NCBI RefSeq assembly: GCF_000621645.1
Contig: NZ_JHXR01000001.1
Span: 360,001-392,000 of the forward strand
Source: Vibrio cholerae ATCC 14035
GTDB taxonomy: Bacteria; Pseudomonadota; Gammaproteobacteria; Enterobacterales; Vibrionaceae
Reading direction: 5' to 3'
Length of the DNA stretch: 32,000 nucleotides
Numbering within the stretch: the stretch's first letter is position 1; each line of letters starts with the position of its first letter. Both the position numbers and the translations under genes were made by a program. The notes under the pieces are model-generated. The model was not told the DNA's origin, searched no databases, and saw nothing but the letters and a program-made list of their open reading frames with translations. This document shows positions 26,721 through 32,000 of the stretch, piece by piece.

Positions 26721-28478
26721 ATGAATGCACTTGAATTAGAACGCGCACAATATCTTAAACGTCTGATGTCGGATCTTGACCGCTCTGGGCGTGGCCAAAA
26801 AGGGGTTATTGTTCAAGCTGCAATGGATCACTTGTGTATTTCAAAAAGCAAGCTGTATCAAGAGCTAACGGATTTAGGCTGGACATCTGGGCGAAAAACA
26901 CGAGCGGATAACGGAGACTTGGCTCTCACGAAAGAAGAGACCGAGCTGCTTTCGAACATGATCCGCCAGAGTAAGCGAGAGAGCGGCAAGGCACTGATGA
27001 CGGTTCGTGATGCGGTTGATATTGCATTAGCCAATGGGGAACTCACGAGACACGTGTCTGAATCGACAGTATTACGAGCTTTTAAACGCTTTCGTGTTCA
27101 TCCTGACCAGCTCGATATGATGGAGACAACCATGAGTCAGCGCTCGCTTTTTCCCAATCATGCTTGGCAGTTTGACGTGTCGATTTGTGTACTCTACTAC
27201 CTGCGTGGCGGTAAGGGATTGCAAGTGATGTCTAAGGATGAGTTTTACAAAAACAAGCCAAAGAACTTAGACCGTATCGTCAATGAGCGAGTATTGCGCT
27301 ATTTAGCTACAGACCATTACAGCGGCGCTTTCTTTTTACGCTACTACCTTGCTCCAGGTGAAAACACAGAAACCATTACTCAGTTCCTATTGGAAGCGTT
27401 CTGCGAGCGTGATACTGGTGAATTGATGTACGGCGTTCCTCAGATCTTAATTTGGGACGCAGGGTCTGCAAACATCGCCCACCAAACGCGACACATGTTG
27501 GACATGCTGGAAGTGAAACATATCGCTCACACACCAGGTCGTCCTTGGGCGAAAGGTCAAGTGGAATCGACGCATAACCTCGTAGAGCGCCGTTTTGAGG
27601 GGCGACTCGCCTTTATGACAGTGCAGTCTATTGAGGAACTGAATCGACACGCGGTGCAATGGTCTATTGGTTTTCAGTCTCTTAAAGAGCACAGCCGACA
27701 TAAGAATAGCCGCTTTGGGCTGTGGCAAACGATACGGGCTGAGCAGTTGCGGCTGATCAAAGACGTGAATCTGGTGAAAAGCATGATGCAACAAACTAAG
27801 CCAGAAGTTCGCAAAGTGCGTCCTAACGAACTAAGCATCAGCTTTGCACCAAAAGGCTATGCATCAATGGATTACTCGCTGGCTCACATTCCACACCTTA
27901 TTGCTGGTGATGAAGTGAAAGTGTTTGCAAATCCATACAAAGCGCCAGCTATTCGTGTGATAAGTGTGGACGACTCAGGACAAGAGCACACTCATGAAGC
28001 TACGCCAATCGAGCGCGATGCTGCGGGATTCAACTTGCTTGCGCCCATCATTGGTGCTGAACACAAATCGGTACGTGAAACAGATGCTGATCACAACCGC
28101 AAGCGATTAGACATACAAGCTTGGGGAACGGACAACCCACGCGATATTAAGAAGCTCCGCAAAGGAAAAGTAGCAGCATTCGATGGCCGAATTAATCCTA
28201 TGGCAGACATTGAGCAGCAAGTTGTTCCCTCATTTATGCCAAGACGTGGCACCGTAATGATTATGGAGGGACAGCCGTTAACCGAGCAAAAAATGTCGTT
28301 TATTGGGGCTTTAAACCGTCTTCAAAGACGTTTGAACCCAACCAAAGAGGAACTTGCTGTCATGAGAAAGGTGCTCAAACAGCAATACCCAGATGGCATG
28401 ACCGACAATGAACTACAAGTCTTTACCGAACAATGGGAGCAAAAAGGCAATGAACACGCTCAGAGCGCGACTAGATAA
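26721..28478 (+). CDS. DDE transposase, Mu A / TnsB / rve superfamily
   Basis: 585 aa. Catalytic triad candidates are D152 ('WQFDVS', codon 27174-27176), D246 ('IWDAGSAN') and E282 ('GQVESTHN'), with the classic 35-residue D-to-E spacing. N-terminal HTH-like region. Confidence 0.85.
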   Translation: MNALELERAQYLKRLMSDLDRSGRGQKGVIVQAAMDHLCISKSKLYQELTDLGWTSGRKTRADNGDLALTKEETELLSNMIRQSKRESGKALMTVRDAVDIALANGELTRHVSESTVLRAFKRFRVHPDQLDMMETTMSQRSLFPNHAWQFDVSICVLYYLRGGKGLQVMSKDEFYKNKPKNLDRIVNERVLRYLATDHYSGAFFLRYYLAPGENTETITQFLLEAFCERDTGELMYGVPQILIWDAGSANIAHQTRHMLDMLEVKHIAHTPGRPWAKGQVESTHNLVERRFEGRLAFMTVQSIEELNRHAVQWSIGFQSLKEHSRHKNSRFGLWQTIRAEQLRLIKDVNLVKSMMQQTKPEVRKVRPNELSISFAPKGYASMDYSLAHIPHLIAGDEVKVFANPYKAPAIRVISVDDSGQEHTHEATPIERDAAGFNLLAPIIGAEHKSVRETDADHNRKRLDIQAWGTDNPRDIKKLRKGKVAAFDGRINPMADIEQQVVPSFMPRRGTVMIMEGQPLTEQKMSFIGALNRLQRRLNPTKEELAVMRKVLKQQYPDGMTDNELQVFTEQWEQKGNEHAQSATR

Positions 28479-29559
28479 GGCAGGCACAAGCATACAAGCA
28501 TTGGCTGACTATTTAGCGATGAACTACAGCACAGTGCAGAGAGCGGTGAAAATGAACGAACCGCCTAAGAGACGTGCAGAAGAATTTAAAGAAAAAGTCG
28601 AAGCGTTTTTTGCTTCGCACGGCCTGGAAGGAGTAAGCGGTTGGTCAAAGGCGGCAACCAATGACCAACCTGATCCCCAGACTGAAACAAATCGAGAGTT
28701 AGAACTGGAGAATCCTATGTTAACACAAGAAGCTATGAAGCACTTTAAGCTATTTCGCAACCCTTTTATTAATGACATTCGCGCTGTTCGCGACATCTAT
28801 ATGAATGAAGATAGTCGATATGTTTTAGCTGCGATGAAAGATGTTGCAAGGAATCAAGGTATTTTGGCTGTTGTGGGAGATTCTGGCGCAGGTAAAAGCG
28901 TGCTGCGTCGATTGCTACTAGATGAGCTACATAACGATGGCGATATTTCAGTGATCCAACCCAAAATCATCGACAAGACGCGCGCCACCGCAGCAGGTAT
29001 TTGTGATGCAATCATCAGCGATATCAGTAGTGAAGCACCTAAGCGCAGTATGGAAGCTAAAGCAAGACAAGTGGAACGTCTACTTATGACAGCATTCAAA
29101 GGAGGACAGCGCCACGTTCTGATCATTGAAGAGGCTCATGATTTGACGATTCCTGTCATGAAGTACCTTAAGCGCTTTTGGGAACTTGAAGATGGTTTTT
29201 CAAAGCTGCTGGGTATTTTATTGGTTGGACAGACAGAGTTGTTTCACCGCCTCGATGAGCGTCGTCATTACGAACTTCGTGAGTTTATTCGACGTTGTAT
29301 GGTTATAGAGGTTCCACCACTTGATAACGATATTGAAGCTTACCTCAAGCATAAGTTTGAACGTGCAGGATGTGAGTATGAGCGCATCATGGATGATAGT
29401 GCGGTTCCTGCCTTGAAACTGCGTTTACAAACTCGCCGCAACCAGTCAGGAAGCTTGGTTTATCCTCAGGTCATCAATAACCTGGTAACCAAAGCTATGA
29501 ATCTTTGTGCTTCTTTAGGCGAAGACAAAGTAAATGAAGACATCATTAAGGAGCTGTAG
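28450..29559 (+). CDS. AAA+ ATPase, MuB / TniB / ExeA-like transposition helper
   Basis: Walker A 'GDSGAGKS'. Walker B 'VLIIEEAHDL'. N-terminal HTH 'TSIQALADYLAMNYSTVQRAVK'. ATG 28450 follows GGAG. The ORF track start at 28408 has no RBS. Confidence 0.8.
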   Translation: MNTLRARLDKAGTSIQALADYLAMNYSTVQRAVKMNEPPKRRAEEFKEKVEAFFASHGLEGVSGWSKAATNDQPDPQTETNRELELENPMLTQEAMKHFKLFRNPFINDIRAVRDIYMNEDSRYVLAAMKDVARNQGILAVVGDSGAGKSVLRRLLLDELHNDGDISVIQPKIIDKTRATAAGICDAIISDISSEAPKRSMEAKARQVERLLMTAFKGGQRHVLIIEEAHDLTIPVMKYLKRFWELEDGFSKLLGILLVGQTELFHRLDERRHYELREFIRRCMVIEVPPLDNDIEAYLKHKFERAGCEYERIMDDSAVPALKLRLQTRRNQSGSLVYPQVINNLVTKAMNLCASLGEDKVNEDIIKEL

Positions 29560-29561
29560 CC

Positions 29562-30023
29562 ATGAACAATCAGAATGATAATGGCCTTTTGCCCTTTAAC
29601 GTTGGAGAGTTAGTCAGTGCAGTTCATTTCGATTGCAATGATTTTGATACGGCTGACTACATCCCCAGTGTCCAGCTCCGCCAAGACTTACACGATAAAC
29701 TCGGTTGTGCGGTAAGTAACTTGAATAGCATTTTGTCTATTTACAATCAGTGGAAACAAGGCCAGTTATCTTGTAATTGGTCTGCTGTCAGTGAGTTGAC
29801 ACTCAGAACGCAAGTTGTCAGTGGACAATTCAAAACGATTTCACAGATGTGCCGAAATGATCGAAATGGGATGGTTTATAATCCTTTGTTAAATGATGGC
29901 ATACCAGATCTATCAAAAGGATTAACACCCTTAGAGTGTTCGGAGTTGAAAGCATTGTTGGATGGATTACACCCAATTGAGCTGTTACAGTTACTAAGAC
30001 ATCAAAAAGGAAGTTTGGTATGA
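29562..30023 (+). CDS. Hypothetical protein (153 aa), Mu-like early region
   Basis: AAGGAG RBS. Tight spacing, 2 nt after the ATPase stop. No recognisable motif. Confidence 0.6.
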   Translation: MNNQNDNGLLPFNVGELVSAVHFDCNDFDTADYIPSVQLRQDLHDKLGCAVSNLNSILSIYNQWKQGQLSCNWSAVSELTLRTQVVSGQFKTISQMCRNDRNGMVYNPLLNDGIPDLSKGLTPLECSELKALLDGLHPIELLQLLRHQKGSLV

Positions 30024-30253
30024 ATAATCATCACTTGAGTGCTGCTGAAAGCCATGAGCTAGCAACACGAGTATCAGCGTTAGGTGCAAAACAGGTTTTG
30101 CTTATTCTCCGCCAAATTCAGGATCAGTCGTTGGATTCGTCCATGAAAAACAGAGGCCTTATCTATGAACGAGCATTACGAACAAAAACTGAAGCAGGCT
30201 CTACGGCAAAAATCGGTCATGCCTTACTTGACCATCATACTCGGCCCCACTAA
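30020..30253 (+). CDS. Hypothetical small protein; 3' end uncertain
   Basis: ATGA overlap with the preceding gene. The last ~30 codons overlap the next ORF and look non-protein-like ('RALRTKTEAGSTAKIGHALLDHHTRPH'). Confidence 0.4.
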   Translation: MNNHHLSAAESHELATRVSALGAKQVLLILRQIQDQSLDSSMKNRGLIYERALRTKTEAGSTAKIGHALLDHHTRPH

Positions 30254-30431
30254 AGAGCAATGTCCTGTGCATACAAAGAACAAAGGCCTAGTGTTACCTG
30301 TTGATGACCGCTACTGGACAGAGTTTCCAATGCGAGAGACTTCGGCTTGTCGGTGTAGTATCCGACAGGTATCGAAATATGAATACCAGAAGTTAAAAGC
30401 CGAAGGTGTTCTGGAAGTGCCAGTAGATTAA
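30165..30431 (+). CDS. Small protein with a Mu F / SPP1 gp7-like C-terminal motif
   Basis: AGAGG 9 nt upstream. 'EQCPVHTKNKGLVLPVDDRYWTEFPMRETSACRCSI' resembles the 'C..H..dG.v...dd.fW....P....CRC' signature of the Phage_Mu_F domain, as I remember it. Confidence 0.5.
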   Translation: MNEHYEQKLKQALRQKSVMPYLTIILGPTKEQCPVHTKNKGLVLPVDDRYWTEFPMRETSACRCSIRQVSKYEYQKLKAEGVLEVPVD

Positions 30432-30456
30432 ACCGCCTTCAAACAAGCCAATCTTT

Positions 30457-30490
30457 AAATGCCTTTTCATTAGAAGAGGCATTTCTTTCT
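30457..30490 (+). terminator. Rho-independent terminator ending the early operon
   Basis: AAATGCCT-tttcattagaag-AGGCATTT followed by CTTTCT. Confidence 0.6.
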
Positions 30491-30545
30491 GAAACGCCCT
30501 CAAATCAGTTTCTAGCCGTGATGCGAGTATTCGCTTGTCTAAAAA

Positions 30546-30618
30546 AGTTTAAATCAATCTGGTGCGATTTAAACAGGGTTTAAACATGGTTTCTGCACAT
30601 ATCAGTGCTTATATATAA
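30546..30618 (+). promoter_or_regulatory. Candidate activator-dependent (middle-type) promoter
   Basis: Three GTTTAAAC-like elements have TTTAAA cores at 30548-30553, 30568-30573 and 30579-30584, spaced 20 and 11 bp. They lie upstream of a TATATA -10-like hexamer (30611-30616), and the -35 is poor. Confidence 0.35.
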
Positions 30619-30762
30619 CTCCCACAATGCCCAGTCCCCTTTATTAACAGCAACTCCTGTTAATTTAGTTATTACTGCAACGGGGATTATTCTTGTATTG
30701 CTGTTGGGGCATATGGAGATAAGTCGGTTCTCCATTAAATGGCAATACATTTGCCATCAACT

Positions 30763-30802
30763 TAGCGTAGCCCTATCTGCAAATTTGGGTAGGGTTACGC
30801 TA
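30763..30802 (+). promoter_or_regulatory. 13-bp inverted repeat just upstream of the first mor-like gene
   Basis: TAGCGTAGCCCTA-N14-TAGGGTTACGCTA with one mismatch, 30 nt before ATG 30833. Confidence 0.4.
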
Positions 30803-30832
30803 GGTTCTTCGATGTCTATATAGAGGATAACG

Positions 30833-31207
30833 ATGTTAGCTATAGAAAGAGCAATCCCATTGGTTGTTGACGCTTTGAGCAAGGATTCGGGGCTTTTTAG
30901 CTTTGATGATCTTGAAAGCGGTGATGCTTTATATCCAGAGCTGCTAAGTGATGTTCATGACATTTTTCTTGGTGTCATTGAAGACGCAGGTATTGAAGAT
31001 AACGGGTTGGCATTACATCTGGTTTTTAAATTGATGGAATACGGCAATGGTGTGCAGTTTTACCTACCGAAGCCTGACTCTATTGTAAAAACCATTATCA
31101 AGAAAATGATGAAAAATGACTTCAACGGCAGCAACTACGTTGAATTAGCTAAGCGTTATCAGTGTTCAACGAATCATGTAAGGAGAGTTATCAATGGCAC
31201 CCACTGA
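30833..31207 (+). CDS. Mor-family transcriptional activator (copy 1)
   Basis: 'HLVFKLMEYGNGVQFYLPKPDSIVKTIIKKMMKNDFNGSNYVELAKRYQCSTNHVRRVI' parallels Mu Mor ('..ICKHLGGGQVYIPRG..L....RDLRIWNDFNGRN..EL..RYGV....VY..I'). AGAGGA RBS. Confidence 0.75.
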   Translation: MLAIERAIPLVVDALSKDSGLFSFDDLESGDALYPELLSDVHDIFLGVIEDAGIEDNGLALHLVFKLMEYGNGVQFYLPKPDSIVKTIIKKMMKNDFNGSNYVELAKRYQCSTNHVRRVINGTH

Positions 31208-31514
31208 TAATCAAAGGTCGCTTGTGATTTCAAAACTCACTCCTAGCGCTCAAGTGCTCTACCGTGCATTAGATGAAGCCATTAAGCAAAGTGCTGGTAA
31301 ACCTGATGCTCTAAAGATTGTTATCGAGCTTAGTGAAAAACTAGGTGGAAGAACTTTTTACTTTTCTCTTGGCACTGTGGCACGAAGAACTCAAAGAAAT
31401 ATTGATCTCTTCGCAGACCACGAATCAGGCATGTCAGTAAGAGAACTCTCAAAAAAATATAAGTTAAGTTTTGTCTCCGTTTTTAATGTCATTCGCAAAT
31501 TCAAAACGTCATAA
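31194..31514 (+). CDS. Mor/C-family transcriptional activator (copy 2)
   Basis: 'VIELSEKLGGRTFYFSLGTVARRTQRNIDLFADHESGMSVRELSKKYKLSFVSVFNVIRKF' has the same Mor pattern. AAGGAG RBS. 14-nt overlap with copy 1. Confidence 0.7.
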   Translation: MAPTDNQRSLVISKLTPSAQVLYRALDEAIKQSAGKPDALKIVIELSEKLGGRTFYFSLGTVARRTQRNIDLFADHESGMSVRELSKKYKLSFVSVFNVIRKFKTS

Positions 31515-31532
31515 CTAGATAGGAAATTAACC

Positions 31533-32000
31533 ATGTCATTAAGTACCTTACAAGCAGAATTGGCTTCAGCAAAAACAGAGTATGAAGCTAAAGAGCTAGA
31601 GATCAGAAACCTATTTTCTGAAAAAAACACTCAAGAACGCCGCCTACAAACACTAGTTGCTCAAGTCGCGGCTAAGCGTAAAGAGTTATCGAATGCTTTA
31701 TCGCAATCTTCTGCTGAAACTCTAACCAGTGAGCTGCAATCATTGGAATCTCAGTATCAAGCATGTCAAACCTTGATCAATAACATCTCCAATTATCTAA
31801 CAGTTAAGGCTGGATTGGATAAAAAGAATGCCTCTGAACTTGTGGAACGTGCGCAAAAAAATTTACTCAATTTCATCTACAACAGCATCAAATCAGAACT
31901 CAAAGTCTTAACTGATGAGCAAGTAGAGTTGATGAAAGATTTTGTTGTGATCGAAAAACTGATTCGTAGTGAATTGTCAGATAGCGTACGCCAAAGTTAT
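31533..32000 (+). CDS. Hypothetical coiled-coil protein; 3' end outside the window (not in the ORF track)
   Basis: ATG 31533 has AGGA 8 nt upstream. I translated 156 codons to the window edge and found no stop ('MSLSTLQAELASAKTEYEAKELEIRNLF...'). Confidence 0.6.
   Translation, partial: MSLSTLQAELASAKTEYEAKELEIRNLFSEKNTQERRLQTLVAQVAAKRKELSNALSQSSAETLTSELQSLESQYQACQTLINNISNYLTVKAGLDKKNASELVERAQKNLLNFIYNSIKSELKVLTDEQVELMKDFVVIEKLIRSELSDSVRQSY

Larger units (their letters stand above)
19530..32000. mobile_element. Integrase-distal part of a horizontally acquired genomic island; continues beyond the window
   Basis: Gene content changes abruptly from housekeeping genes to alpA, Gp2, GTPase and Mu-like genes. 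Lines I counted gave about 52% G+C in the core (16021-16080) and 25-33% at 20.4-21.0 kb. No integrase or tRNA is present at this end. Confidence 0.75.
24084..32000 (+). mobile_element. Mu-like transposable prophage/element, early (left) half; ends not defined and it runs off the window
   Basis: Canonical Mu order: repressor (reverse) / Ner-like / DDE transposase / MuB-like ATPase / small ORFs / Mor-family activators. Confidence 0.7.

Noticed and set aside
28408-28449. Upstream extension of the MuB-like ATPase ORF (ATG 28408).
   Set aside because: There is no Shine-Dalgarno sequence, and it would overlap the transposase gene by 71 nt. ATG 28450 has GGAG at proper spacing.
30605-30823. 72-aa GTG-start ORF with one hydrophobic segment upstream of the mor-like genes.
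   Set aside because: It has no RBS. It starts inside the predicted promoter spacer and spans several inverted repeats, so the region is more likely regulatory DNA.
1-32000. Scan for CRISPR arrays, tRNA/rRNA genes, integrase genes and toxin-antitoxin pairs.
   Set aside because: I saw no regularly spaced direct repeats, no cloverleaf-compatible segments, no tyrosine or serine recombinase motifs, and no recognisable TA pair in any frame.

Overview
The window looks like a Vibrio chromosome segment. The gene order matches my memory of Vibrio cholerae chromosome I at the integrase-distal end of pathogenicity island VPI-2, but I cannot verify that without an alignment. Bases 1 to about 19.4 kb are core genome. 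They hold the 3' part of a hybrid sensor kinase, alaE and manA. Next is a dense fructose-family PTS cluster with three permeases, stand-alone IIA and IIB proteins, an HPr-like/IIA fusion and an AraC regulator. After that come an aldehyde dehydrogenase with a sigma-54 promoter and a divergent AcoR-like activator, a DUF2132 gene, a cryptochrome-DASH/SDR operon, and DCC, NYN and small basic proteins. From about 19.5 kb the DNA becomes AT-richer accessory sequence in two parts. The first is a CP4-57-like island module: alpA, a very AT-rich 281-aa orphan, a frameshifted inovirus-Gp2/YfjJ-like gene, and a minus-strand cassette of two DUF2787-like paralogues plus a YfjP-like GTPase with a C-terminal glycine zipper. 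The second is the early half of a Mu-like transposable element: an XRE repressor / Ner-like switch with a repeated operator motif, a stop-interrupted ORF, a winged-HTH gene, a coiled-coil gene, a DDE transposase, a MuB-like ATPase, small ORFs, two tandem Mor-family activators and a coiled-coil ORF that runs off the window. Three ERIC-like repeats are present, one of them an internally deleted short form. I saw no rRNA, tRNA or CRISPR array. The best candidates for something undescribed are the GTPase/DUF2787 cassette, the AT-rich orphan, and the non-canonical Mu-like early region. All functional ideas about them are inference.
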